From: Tubulanus polymorphus
Taxonomy: Eukaryota; Animalia; Nemertea
Assembly: GCF_964204645.1 (NCBI RefSeq)
Contig: NC_134032.1
Span: forward strand, 3,682,175-3,746,174
DNA: 64,000 nucleotides
Direction of reading: 5' to 3'
A program made the position numbers and the translations under genes. Below the pieces are notes generated by a model, which did no database searches, was not told the origin of the DNA, and saw nothing but the letters and a program-made list of their open reading frames with translations. Shown one piece after another: positions 21,184-34,310 of this stretch. Position 1 is the stretch's first letter. Each line of letters begins with the position of its first letter.

Positions 21184-22681
21184 GGGTGTTACTAAAACTA
21201 TGCACAACTAAAACGAAGACCGAAGACCTATGCACTCATTAGAAATCATAACTAGGGGCGCTATCTGTATTGATCCACAGCTAGATTTTCGTAGTATTTG
21301 AAAATGTTTCGTAGTATTTAGAAATGTTCTTAATGTTGTTTCCGTATGCGTGGGGGTTACGTTAAAGCCGTCAGACAAGAACGTACTAGTAGTAAGAATT
21401 ACGAAAGTTCTTGTTTGATGCTTTCATCTACCAACGCAAACCATAAATCAGTCTATAAACAACAATTCTTTCTCGGTTCTTCTGCTGTGAGATCTGGCAA
21501 ACATTCAGAAAATCTTTATATAAAACTTTTAAAAAGTTGGAACCATATTTGGTTGGGTCGGAACAATGGAGTGTATTTATAATGAGGCTCGTGAAGGGAT
21601 CACGCTGATATTTGATGATATTCCCGGCTACTTTCCGTAAAAGGAAAAACCGGAAGTTTAGGAAGATGTGGTTGTTTTGCTTATCCTGTATTAAAATAGA
21701 ATCAGTTAAATTGTAGATAAAATAATTAGTATAAGTATTTCAAATAATTTAAGAATTGATAATCAATCACAATGTATTCCGAATCGTAGTTAATTACAAT
21801 TATTTAAAAAAAGAAACAATGAATTTGTACTGTAATTAGAAAAGAAAACAAAGTTTTGAAAAGATATTTAATTTGAGTAATCTAGATGTTGTTTAAGAAC
21901 AAATTGTTAATAATCGCTAATGTTTTAGAAAAATTAATTTGTGTTAAATGTTAAAACTAGCTGTCTGAAGTTTCTGTTGTCTGTATGCGCTCGTTGGTAA
22001 TTCACAGACAATAGCTGCTCTCTCAACAATGACTAGCAAGGAGTGAGTAAATCACAACGCGTCATGACAGGAGGGTTGGAAGAAAAAGTTTATTTCAGCA
22101 AATCAGTTTCTAAAAAACCTTTAGATCAGCAAATCAGTAGGGCTAAATTTTTCCGTTACTAAAAACGGTCATGACAGTTGGGTAGCTGCTCCTTGCCAAA
22201 AAGCGGAAGACCCTGCGTGGGAGAATCGGAATTCTGAGAATGCCGGTTCTTTCTACAAAAGGGGGCCGCTATCGAGAGAGAGGAGATAATCTGTACCCTA
22301 GTAAGACGAGTGTCGACAGCAGGATAGGAGAAGCTTCGGAACGATAGGGATTCATATACAATAGGGATTAGGAAAATCATTCTTTGTTCAAGGTAAATAA
22401 AATATATTATCTTCAATATTATCATCCGGTATTTCAATTTATTCATTCGGATTTGTGCACGGACACGTTCTCTCGCCAGGGCCTTACTCAAGTATTTTAT
22501 AGATAACGATTAAAGAGAGGATTGTGACCGGTGTATCAGTATATTCAACCACCTCTGTCGATGAGTATAGGCAATAGGGACCTACTCGATATAAACATAC
22601 ATAAGGAAACGTAAAATGTTCGTTTATTTTTCTCGGGTGCATAGGTCCTCGTTTTAGTAGTGCATAGCTTTAGTAACACCC
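21184..22681. mobile_element. Non-autonomous DNA transposon with ~48-bp TIRs
   Basis: GGGTGTTACTAAAACTATGCAC..AAAACGAAGACC at 21184 versus GGTCCTCGTTTTAGTAGTGCATAGCTTTAGTAACACCC ending at 22681; another partial TIR at ~22690-22730; no clear TSD. Confidence 0.6.
21270..22545. repeat. Segment duplicated in inverted orientation at ~52740-54005
   Basis: Near-identical sequence; mirrored short ORFs MRGGYVKAV and MSKALARER on opposite strands. Confidence 0.9.
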
Positions 22682-23276
22682 ACACACGCAAAACTAAAAC
22701 TATGCATGACTAAAACGAAGACCTATGCACTTTGACAAAACTTACTTCAAACATGGGATTATTCACGCAACCACTTCGGGGAAGCTCCAGCTACGACTAT
22801 GCCGACAAATGTACGTATTTACGACGAATGAAACGGAGTTTTCATCTATAAATGTGCGATTTTGTATTATATAAGATTTGCTGCGTTGTCGTTGCTAATA
22901 CATGGACAACAATTGCATTTGGTCCTGATATACGGGAAAGAATATATAACCGATCTATGAATGAATTATCATGAAAATATATTCCAAGGGTTATTGCGCC
23001 ACGCTCCGTCACTGTTATAACCATCCCGGTCATAATTCAGTACGGTATGCCCTACCGTAATAAATCAAAAACAAAATACTACCTGGTACTCGAAAATTCC
23101 TAAATGCATCGTTCACATACTTTGGAAAATATTCAACTGAAATAATTTGAAAGTTTCCTCAATTTATGTTGATAACTGCTACTGCCTACCGGCAAATGTA
23201 CTATATGCCTGACCATGAGCAAAAAATGTCTTTCTAGAATACAGCAAATCGAATATGATATAAATCGCACATTACA

Positions 23277-23700
23277 GTCATGACCGTTACGTTGCTGCTC
23301 CTTACCAAAAGTCGAGTGGGAGAGTCGGTATTTTAAGAATGCCGATTCTTTCTATAAAAGGGACCCGCATCTTGAGAGAGCAGCCACTCGGTAGACACTC
23401 AAAAGACACTCGATAGGGATTCGATAGTTACTTGTTAAAAGCTTGTTTGGGACTTGATTCAGGACAGGTTACCAGCAGGAGAGTGCAATAGGAATTTAGA
23501 GCTAGGAGTTGGATTGTGTTAAACTGGAGAGCTGTGTTGAATATCAAGGTAAATAAATTCATGTTTTATTGTTATATCCATTCAAAATTCCCGGTATTCT
23601 AGTTTTACTTGGGTTTGTGCGCGGACACGTTCTCTCGCCAGGGACCGATTATTGCTTATATTATTATACGACTAAGGAGAGGATTTTGACCGGCGTATCA
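23277..23700 (+). mobile_element. Solo-LTR-like repeat (related copies at ~22168-22538 and ~52740-53108 minus)
   Basis: Starts GTCATGAC, internal CTATAAAAGG and AAATAAA, ends GCGTATCA; three copies in the window. Confidence 0.45.
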
Positions 23701-24535
23701 ATAGGTAAAATAATGTATAATAATAATAATATTTATTTCGCCATGTACATATGCAGTATAAATGATATATAGATTATAAACAATTTACATACATACGAGG
23801 CTGGATGCTTGGAAAGCCTTAGTATTAGGAATTAGGAACTTTTCTCGATAAAATATAACAAAGTTGTTAATGATACAAACATCCACTATTTACAATATAT
23901 TAACTATTAAAGGGATCTATAAACATCTAATCCTATTTTGATGAAATTATTTAACTGATTTGTAGGATGTTTTGAGATATGTATGCGTTAACCAGCTAGT
24001 GCTGCCGTCTACAGTCAATAAGCCTTTTTACAGTTTCCCGGCGCCATTTTTTTGGGTACCCACCGGGTCCGCATTGTTGAATTTTTTGTCCCTATTTTTT
24101 CCCCGTTTAATATTTCTATTTCGTTCATATCTCTGGATTGGATAAAGATAGAAACAAAGTGAAAATATCGATGAACTCGGCTGATAATAAACTTTTTTAT
24201 GATATCACTCATTTGTTAAGTTAAAGCAATTATGCGCACTGGTGAAGTTATAAACATTGATATCGTCTTCCCGATAATTCAACTTGAATTATTGCTCATC
24301 TCATTCAAAAGTTCGTAATTCTTACAAATTTTAATCTACATTTTTGAAGTTTTCAGGATCAATAGCCATCTATATGTGGTCCTATATACCTTTTACCGTT
24401 TTCAATTATCCGAAATTAGTTTTTAAGTAGTTGCGAGTCAAACTTCCAAAACACGTTTTCCCGGGTCCCCTGCGTGCATCTATATATCAGGAAATTTCAC
24501 AATTTCACCGGTCCCTACTTTGTTGAAAATCAATT

Positions 24536-26990
24536 TTGAGAATACTCTGGCGAGGATCTGCACAACTGTAGTCGGTACGGGCTTTTTATTCATCGACGAA
24601 ATGAATTTTTCATTTGAAATCTCGTAGAATTGCGTGTGAATTGTGGAAATGAGTAGAATTATACAATTAAACAAGACTTACCCGTAAAATTCCACAATGA
24701 ATGAATTGATACCTAAAGAGTTTATTTAGAATATTAGAAATATTGCAGGTGTTTGCTAAGTTCCTTCTTCGGTCTAGAAATATACATTTTCAAACCGAAA
24801 TATTTCTGATAATTTAGATTAACTTTTAAGCCATCAATTCATTTGTCATTGGATTCTACTCTTATTGATTAACCACGGGTATTGCCTGATCTACAACTGA
24901 GACTTACCCGTATAAGGAGAAGTTTGATGGTAATTGTACGAATGACCACAAACACGAGGAATGATACAAGCGACGCAGTCGCCGAGTTGGTTTAAGCCGC
25001 CGGTCACTGGTCTCGTCAATCCAGGGCTTATGGGTTCAAACCCCGGTGGCGACAGAGTTTATCGGTCGAAGGTTCTTCTCCGGTCTCTACCCCATCGGGA
25101 GAAAGAAACATCGAACCCGCTTTTAATGCCCTGCGTGGCGCTTAGCGGGTTGAAAAAAAGATATAAAAATTATACGTCCACGCCAGATTAGGGCCCTCCC
25201 TCGTGTGTTAGCATTTCTCATTGTGTTATGTATGATTTTCTATTTTAGGCGGATTTTGATTTATGATTGACAACTCATTCAGACGTTTAATCCGTGAATT
25301 GATTTTGCCTTCTGTGAATAGTGCTGGACGTAAGTGGATCTCAATCTCCTCAAACGCAGGTAAGACTGGTTTAACTGTATAAATCTAATCGGTAATAAGT
25401 GACCGGCAACCAGTCTAATCTCTATCCTCCTGTCTGTCGTGTGTTTTAGTAGATAGTACATGTATTTGTATATATTGTAAATAACCTTGTTATGTTTTTC
25501 ATTGAAATGTTTTTATTTTTCTCCTAATTCGTGAAAATATTTGTAAACGAATCGCAAGAAATCCAAATTTTATCAGTTAACGCCAATAAAATTATAATGT
25601 TATGAGTGAACGGAATAGGTAAAATAATGTATTAGGAATTAGGAACTTTTCTCGATAAAATATAACAAAGTTGTTATTGATACAAACATCCACTATTTAC
25701 AATATATTTACTATTAGAGGGATCTATAAACATTTGATAAATTTATTTAACTGGTTTGTAGGATGTTTTGAGATATGTATGCGTTAACCAGCTAGTGCTG
25801 CCGTCTACAGTCAATTCAACTCACTAAATGATCCACCGTTTGAGAACACTCATAAAAATACACTGCAAGTCACAACTTCACAGTAAGATTTACAGACACT
25901 AGAAAGAGACTAGAAACAAAGTGAGAAAACTGAACTACAGAATGATATGAAATGAGCCACGTTATGACTACATGAAATTGGAACTACTGTCAATCCTGGA
26001 ACAACCTCGACCAGATAATCCTTAGAAACATAAACCAATCCTTATAAACGGAACACTAATATTCGTATGCTATGTTGTTCTGAAGCTTATTTCACACAAG
26101 TTTTAGTACAAAAATATCGGAAACAAATATCAGAAATAGCGGATATATGTAAATCCATCAAATGTGTCATCGTAAACCCTGAAAGTGCGGTTAGGTTCTG
26201 ATGAAATATTGTAGATGGAAAGTTTCTCCAGAATTCTAAATTTGGATTCTGGGGCTCAATTTCATAGAATGAATCTACACCTCGGAATTCTACTCTGAAA
26301 ACTGGTTATTCGCGTTTCCCGCTGATAACTGCTGTAAGACGAGTCCATCCATCTAAATGTCTCCGGTTATCCCAAACACCGGTTAATGGCCCGATCCGTT
26401 TCTGTCCAATTTACCGCGAAAACTTGCTTATTCTACCACCTGAAAACAGGAATAGTATGAGTTAGCAATATATCTAACACCGGTGATTTTATATCATTCA
26501 CTCCGTAGGTGTTTAACGATCAGTCTGGATTTTTTCGAATATTCGCCTTGGATAATCGGTGACTTTTAGTTAGCTACTCGCATCAAAAATGACGTCATTC
26601 CGGGACTCAGCAAGCAACATGCGCGATACATGCATCAGAAATTATATTATCCTAGTTTTAAAAATTTCTATTAGCAAATATTTCTAGTTTAGTAATAATA
26701 AAATATCTACGTGCAAATTAGTAATTAGAATTAATTCAAACAAATAGACAAAAATATCATCGACTTTTCTAAGGTACGATGCCGGTTTGGGTTTGGAAAT
26801 AAAACGGTAACAAACTCGCAGAATTTGCTGGATTGAGTTCGGCTACTAGAGTAGGGTCTAACTGGCTACGCGTGGTTACATCATCATCTTGTTTTAAATA
26901 TAGGCGATTGTCGCCGCATTAAACATCCCGGACGTAGCTTTTTTAAGAAGTTCTTTAAATGCGCTCTTATATCTTATGAGGGTTTGTAAT
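24536..26990. repeat. Segment directly duplicated at ~47765-50710 (second copy has ~440 bp extra at ~49770-50215)
   Basis: Near-identical sequence including the SINE and the MYYLLKHTT short ORF. Confidence 0.9.
24972..25160 (+). mobile_element. tRNA(Ser/Leu)-derived SINE
   Basis: A-box-like GCAGTCGCCGAGTTGGTTTAAG, B-box GGTTCAAACC, non-tRNA body and A-rich tail. Confidence 0.65.
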
Positions 26991-27199
26991 GTTGAGTTAT
27001 AAATATAATCTGAATTCGGGTGTATATAGTTTTTTTTTTGCGACCCAGGTTTGCGAGCAGAGATCATAACCGATAAGTAGGCCTATATCGAAAGGGTGAA
27101 ATTTTTTGGAAAACTTTTGAGTCTTTCCAGAAATTTCCAGGAACTGTTTAGCATGAAATAACTGTTGTATTATCTGGTTTGTATTATTTGACTCGGGTC

Positions 27200-29220
27200 T
27201 GATCCGTGCCAATTTGACCCGAGCCTGATCCGTGCCAATTTGGCCCGAGCCAAATCGTCTCCGTGTGATCGCGACTTATGTCAACTATCGACTGGTTAAC
27301 TCTTAGCCAATCTTTCAGCATCTGCAGCTCCTGATATAGTTATGGTTATGTCTAGAAATCTATAGTTTATTTGATTGCTATAACAGTTGAAAGTTAATTA
27401 TGGTTTTGCAGAGAAAGAAAAAGAATTATCAAAAAAAAGATGAAGTTTCGATTTTAAAATTGAAAGTGTGTTTAAACAAAAACGTTCTTTAGTTTAATCC
27501 GAATGATTAGAATAAAAAGCAAGGCAGCAAAATTGAGATAATATTTCCGAGGGTATTTTGAATGCTCTTCAGAGACAATGATCTCTTGTATCATTCCCGA
27601 AATAGTGACAATATACAAGGAAGGCGCAGCTAGTGTGAAATGTGACAAGATGATGATTCTAATAGATGCGGGTGTTTTATTGTTGTACAGCCATCATTTA
27701 TGCGCGCTTCAGACCGCAAAGTATCACGTGATAATTATTCGCTCATTCATTGGCTAGTCGATGACTCGCTTGTCGACGGGCGTTTCCAGCTGCAGCCAGC
27801 GCCCGGCAGCAATTTCCCAATATCAGGCGCGGATTCAGAGCCATTCGGTGACTACAGCACAGTGAAAAAAGGGCACCAACTTTGAAAAGGGCCAGTATTA
27901 ATGCCCGGCGAGCGAGTTTGAGTTTGAGTGCCATTTATTGGTATCATGCCACTTAATTTGCCTTAACATTCAATTTGCTTGTGCCTTTTTTAGATTCGAT
28001 TAGATTTATAGAGCAACAATAATGTCTCTTTTGGAATAGTGCCCTTTTGAGTAAAGGAAAATGCCTTAGATTGCCTTTTATGATTTTGGTCAATTTATTT
28101 TCATTCACATTTTGCTTTAGTCCTAGTACAGAAAGGCAATTATTTTTTTATGACGCACAAATTGTGTTCCTTTTTATTTACTTTTTCCCCGAAACAAAAA
28201 TTTTTCACTGGCATTTGAAAACTGCGACTACCGCACGTGCTGCATGTGCGATAGTCTGGATCCGCGCCTGAATATCAAACATGTTTGATATTGGGGCGCG
28301 ACGCGGAGTAAATCCTCTCGACGACGAGCGATTTCTGTCACCGGTTGCCGAGCGGTTGCGTGCGCCGGGCTTTAGGTTATTTCGAAAATAGCGACCATTT
28401 ACGAGGAAGGCAAGATGATAAATAGATTCTGGTAGATATCCAGCCATCTTTCCTTTATCATAGAGTATTTCAATTCAGATTACGAAGGTCCAGAATTTAT
28501 TTTATACACTTAATGTAACTAGTATAAAGATAGAATGGATGATAGTAGAAATATGATTAGAAAATAACCGCGTCTAATTAATGAACTAATGAAAGACAAT
28601 AAGTATTGAATGGAAACTCGTGTTGATTAAGGGGCAAATAAGTCGACTGTTTGGACCTCGCAGATTGATTCTCGCCCTGAGGGGAATTTGTAATAACGCG
28701 AATTAATTCGAAAGGGTTTTAGAAAATGCAAATATATCTGTGAAGCATTTTGAATCCACGCAACTCAAGCAGGAATCGAAATCGATTATAATACGTATAA
28801 AAATCTCAAATCTCAAAATCAATTTATCATTCATTTTTTGGCAATATCGACTATGATATAAGGAAGCTATGTTCAATTATCCGCCCACCTTCAAGCCCCT
28901 ATCCCTCTAGATATTTCAATCAGAGACAATTATGTGTTCTCGTTTTCAAAAGTTTATTATTAGAGTGCGTCAATAGAGGAGAGAGAGATAATTATCCCGG
29001 GTCATTCACAAAATAACGTCTCGTACAAGGAAGTGAAATTATCTGTAAAAAAAACGATGATTTCCTATGCTATAATACAACGCAGTTTTCTCATTCAAAT
29101 AAAAGATCTCAATCTCTGAGATGATCGCAAATCGTCTGAAGGTTTACCCCAACCTCCCCTAGCCCTGAAGGACCCCTAAACCTAACCCTCTGGGCCCTTT
29201 TCTCACCCCTATTTTCAAAC
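27200..29220. repeat. Segment directly duplicated at ~54315-56580; this copy has an extra ~790 bp (27626-28411) bounded by AGGAAGGC direct repeats
   Basis: Collinear identity; the paralog reads ATATACAAGGAAGGCAAGATGAT with no insert. Confidence 0.8.
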
Positions 29221-30711
29221 CCTTATTGATGTGCAGTCGTGGCCGTGGCCATGTTTCAGAAGGTACCAGTATAATACCACGGAATATAAATGTTCTAAAC
29301 TCGAAAGGGGGACACCTTTGAATTTCTGATATTTTTCAAGCCTCAGGACCTTTGGTCCTCTAGTTTTTCAACAGTTGAGCAATGGATGATTATAAAATGC
29401 CTCCCCCCTCCCGATATACCGCCCACATTTTATCGGTGTAGAGAGTATGGCGGTATTTTACTATGTATTTGTATTGGGAATACCTGGCGGTAGGCGGGGG
29501 TGGCTGTAAATGGGAGGGCAGCATATCGGCGGTTGACTGTACTCTCGATTAACCACTGATAATGAATTTTATTGAAAGTATTATATATGTATACACGTAT
29601 GATTAACCACCCTTAAAAATGGTCAAAAAATGGTCTATACCTACTAGTCAAATATCTTCACTAATTTAGATTGCGTGTGATTAATTATCTTTGTATCATA
29701 ATTATCCTGTCACTCAGTAATTTGAAATTGTTTGTAATTAGCCTCGTCTTATTCTGTATAAATACCAGTATGATATGTAAATTTAATCACTTGCGCTATG
29801 CCTGACGAGGGGATAACGTAACAATAAATATATATTACTCATTACAAAATGAGATTTGTTCTGTTTTTGCTTCTATAGACTTTGAACCTAAAAATGGTTA
29901 CAAGCCTAACAGATTAGAGAAGAGCAAACTGGAGGGGGTGCTAAAGTACAATACTGAATATAGGTAAGTTAGATATAGGCCTTTTAAATAGAACATTGAT
30001 AAGATTGTTGCAGTTTAACTTTTTTTTACGGTAGAAATTTTTCCCACTGTGCAAAAAGTGGCATTTTTACATTGGCATTGTTTTCCTACGTTGCAAAATT
30101 CGGTGGTATTTTCACCGGTGGCATTTCTTCCGGTGGAATAATTTCCGTATATTCATACAATAGAGGGTATGAAATTATTTTTTTTGACCACTCGCATGTA
30201 TTTTCTTAAGAAAATGGATAAATCATTTATTATTGGATAATAGATTCTTGTCTGTTATGTTTCATGTGGTGGCTTTTCGATACATGCCTTTGTGTATTAT
30301 CATCTGCATATCATTATGACCAGGCCTATCTACAGATTCCCAAAATTGACGACTCAAACAAAAGCCCTTCCGATCCTACAAACTATTTAAATTACGCTTT
30401 ATCAACTTCACAAATCAAACCTTGGGTCCCACCATCTTCGTATTTAAACTGGGCGACGCCACAAACCTCCAATACCGGATACTCTAACAGTGCAAGGTCT
30501 GATATTTGCACGTATTTTGATACTTTCACCGATTTCATGACCCTGTCTCACTCGGATAAATTCGCTTTTCTCTCCTACAATAACAACGATTGTCAGGAGT
30601 TTTCTGAGTGCGATAAGCTTCAAGTTGAATTGTACAGAATGAACTTATCTTATCAACGTTTTAAGTCAGTAATCAGCTGCTATACATATTTGATGATTTC
30701 TTTTGCAACAT

Positions 30712-31390
30712 CAGTATTCCTGAAGATGACTATTAGGATATTTTCAAAACGTTGAATAAACTACACTAGCTCAAGGAAACATTTCAGACTCTTTTTATTC
30801 TTAGTGTGCAGGGATTTTATATTATCTTTACAACACGGACTCAGAGTGTTTCATCAATGGTTATAATGCGGACAACCTCAGTATTCCTGAAGATGACTAT
30901 TAGGATAAAGTCGAAACGTTGAATAAACTACACTAGCTCAAGGAATACAGTATTCCTGAAGATGACTATTAGGATATTTTCAAAACGTTGAATAAACTAC
31001 ACTAGCTCAAGGAAATATTTCAGACTCTTTTTATTCTTAGTGTGCAGGGATTTTATATTATCTTTACAACACGGACTCAGAGTGTTTCATCAATGGTTAT
31101 AATGAGGACAACATCAGTATTCCTGAAGATGACTATTGGGATATAGTTGAAACGTTGAATAAACTACACTAGCTCAAGGAATACAATATTCCTGAAGATG
31201 ACTATTAGGATATAGTGGAAACGTTGAATAAACTACACTAGCTCAAGGAAACATTTCAGACTCTTTTTATTCTTAGTGTGCAGGGATTTTATATTATCTT
31301 TACAACACGGACTCAGAGTGTTTCATCAATGGTTATAATGAGGACAACATCAGTATTCCTGAAGATGACTATTAGGATATAGTCGAAACA
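30712..31390 (+). ncRNA. Tandem array of six Penelope-type minimal hammerhead ribozyme motifs (alternating 167/69-bp spacing)
   Basis: Units at 30712, 30879, 30948, 31115, 31184, 31350: TATTC-CTGAAGA-T-GACTAT-loop-ATAGTC-GAAA-CGTT-GAATA, several copies degenerate. Confidence 0.75.
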
Positions 31391-31628
31391 TTAAATGAAA
31401 TACTGTTCAATGAAACATGTTCTAAAAATTTAATTCGACCAAATTACTTATTCTGGTATTATGCCCTTCTAATAATTTTGGCGTTTCAATTTTATTATCA
31501 ATTTAACGGTCTCTGGGAATTCTTTTTTTGTTCTCGCTTAACGTAGTTCAGATCCTGTTCTCCCCAAGACCACCATATTTGTTTATCCATTTAACCTAAC
31601 CGAAATAAAAAAAGAACAGTTTACTCAC

Positions 31629-31950
31629 CATCTGTCCAGATCGGGATCGGGGACGTGGTCGACTTTTCGTCTTTACGAAACAGTTGACAAACGGATGATT
31701 TCGCACCGCGACGCGTGAAGCTCATCGCACGGCAATCCGCTCGCAAGGTGCACGCTTCCGAACATCGTAACCGTGATTTCAAATTTGTAACGGTCGCCAA
31801 AACGGACAATCTCGCACCAGTGCCCACCGTAGACCGGTTTAGCGACATCTGCCGCCGCTGCTGTTGCGGCAGTGCCCGGCATGGGTAACGTATACAGCAG
31901 ATCAGAGCGGTGAATATAAAACCTACTAGGCAGCCATTAAAGGACCTCAT
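31629..31950 (-). CDS. First coding exon of a secreted PAN/apple-domain protein (downstream exons not identified)
   Basis: Signal-peptide-like MRSFNGCLVGFIFTALICCI; PAN-like SRLRCSEACTLRADCRAMSF...VCQL; ends at donor G|GTGAGT at 31629. Confidence 0.55.
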
Positions 31951-34310
31951 TGCAGATATTAGACCTGACAATAACGGAGTTTTTTTTACCGAGGCTTCGT
32001 TCATTAGGGAATAACGATTATGTAATGGTTATATTCGCTATGAAATCTGCAGCAATCAATTAACTTCCCAATTAATTATTCATAATCGCCGGTGTGCGAG
32101 ACTCGATTCAGATGTAAAGTTTTCATTGAATCAAGCACTTTAATCTGTGTCAGGAATGTCCACATCTTCACTCAATTCGGTATGCTCCAATCAACTACTC
32201 TATGGTGAGTTTTCCGGTTTGCCCGACTGCCCGAACGGCGGAGGTTAGTCTAGATAGGCCAATGTAAACGGTTTGCTGAACTATATAACCCCTCTTTGTG
32301 GAGGGGGATGCGGTATGATGCTTATCACTTCATGTATTATGGTGTTTAATAAAAGATTTCATACATGATAAACCAAAACGCCATCGCGTGGGCTTTGTAG
32401 AAAGACCAGTGGCTTTTCCAAATAAATTTTCCTGTCCAATTTGGTTTCCTTTTCCAGTCAGGGACTTGTGCTTTTGGGCCTCTTCGTCGGTTATCTACAA
32501 ATATTTCATTTCAGCTGTAGACCACAATGGTGACACCGTGACGGTCAGAAACTGACCAATTGAGATATGATCCCCGAGTCTGAACGTTTGACTTCGAATA
32601 TCGGAAATTGTTCAAGTCATCGTTTGTTTTTAGACTACTAAGGATTCATTATTGCAAATTCATAAACTGACCATCTCTGACCATCACTGACCATTTCAAA
32701 CTACTCGTATATGTTACTTTGGGCGTGACGAAAATATGGACAATGTCGCCTAACTCGCGACTGGCCTACTGACCTAATAAAGAAGTTTACTGACCTAATA
32801 AAGAAGTTTCCAGTTTCTAGGCGCCAATTTGTGGCGGTTCCTCGAGGTCCCCATTGTTGCTATAATTTGCGCTCATTTTTCAAACATAAGTTTAGATTGA
32901 ATGTCAAATAGCTCTGCAGTCCCTTGCTTGATTAACTTAATTCATAGACCATTTTAAAGGAAATGAAATGCAGATATTTGCCGGTGATTCTTGGATTTTT
33001 TTGATCGCAAGAATTAAGAGCAGTGACGATGTGAAACCAAGGACTGCATATTTTAACTGCGCGTCAAAAAATTACGGTTTTTATTGATTTTAAAATATCT
33101 AAGTGGTTATTAAAGCTAGATTTCCCATTTTTACTGAGGTTAAAGAACGTTATTTGCTTTAAAGGCCTGTAGAGTTTGAGATTACGCGCCAAAGGGGTCT
33201 CCCACTGCGCACCGCCATTTCACTGAACATTGAGAGATTTGCGAAAAGCATGGGCGTGTGTCCGATAGCGATATAACACTGACACTCAGATTCTCTCTGC
33301 GCATTTATTATACTGACTAAACAATTTAACGAATGGGACATGTTATTTAAAAAAACCACCATCATTTAGGCTATATGTTAGGCTATATTGATGGAAGTGT
33401 TTCATTCTCCGTGATGCATCCTTAACCACAAGTTCCATTAATCGCTTCAAATAACGGATACATTTTTAAAACATGTACAAGGTATGGAATGATCTAAATC
33501 TATTTTGGAATAAATATGTGACTAAATTTCAATAATTTTCTATAATTTCCTATTCCTTATATACATCTGAAATATAATAGAATTTCCATTCAGTTGCCAT
33601 GGTAGTCAGTAACCTGTCTGTGGTTTAGTTTCACGATCGGATGTTGGTTGGTATAAGCCCATCCGATTATAAAAAGCTTACCACCAACGATTAGGTAACT
33701 AACTTTGCCAAGGAAACGTAAAAATTGGATCCCGATGGAGGCCCGGCTCCCGGCTTCTAAAATTGATAGTTAGGTTTGTATCAACATCTGGGCCAATTTT
33801 CGTGAATTCGTCCACCCGGTAACAATTCAAAAACAAACGCTAAGCCATCCTACTAGCGGTACCACTGAGAGGATCGACCCGCGATACTTTGGAGAGTTAC
33901 CGGCGATCCCCGAACCTGGACGGAGCGCTCCTGATGTCGAACGTTTGTGAAGCTGTCGTTTGGTGGCGCCCTCTCTTGTGAAGCGCCATCTTGAGTCTGT
34001 GTCGAATTAAAACCGGCTCGTCAAACCCGATCGTACACACTCTCAACGGCAGCCGCTCTACGATCCAGTACTCGCCCTTGTGCAGCGGTGACACTGACGG
34101 TATTTTATCGCCAATTTTAGGAATCAGTTAATCGCAGTGAATACAACTGAGTGAACTATTTGTTAGCAGTTTAATCGTGAATCCGAAGAAGATCATTTTA
34201 TAACGGAGGAGATTTCACCTCGGTCGTCGGTGAGGAGAGGAGATCACATCAATCAGTCATCAGTTATTTGTTGGTTTGTTTTAAACTTGTGTTGGGGTTA
34301 AACTCGTAAC

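Noticed and set aside
24972-25045. Functional tRNA gene
   Set aside because: A/B boxes are present but there is no convincing cloverleaf, and it continues into a body and A-tail, so it is called a SINE.
30264-30755. 163-aa ORF
   Set aside because: Only a weak resemblance to a LINE C-terminal tail; runs into the repeat array; not supportable as a gene.
30712-31390. CRISPR-like repeat-spacer array
   Set aside because: The apparent spacers are themselves identical repeats; hammerhead/Penelope motifs explain it.
33870-34100. GC-richer segment and 65-aa ORF upstream of the caspase
   Set aside because: No recognisable domain in the frames examined; may be promoter or a decayed fragment.
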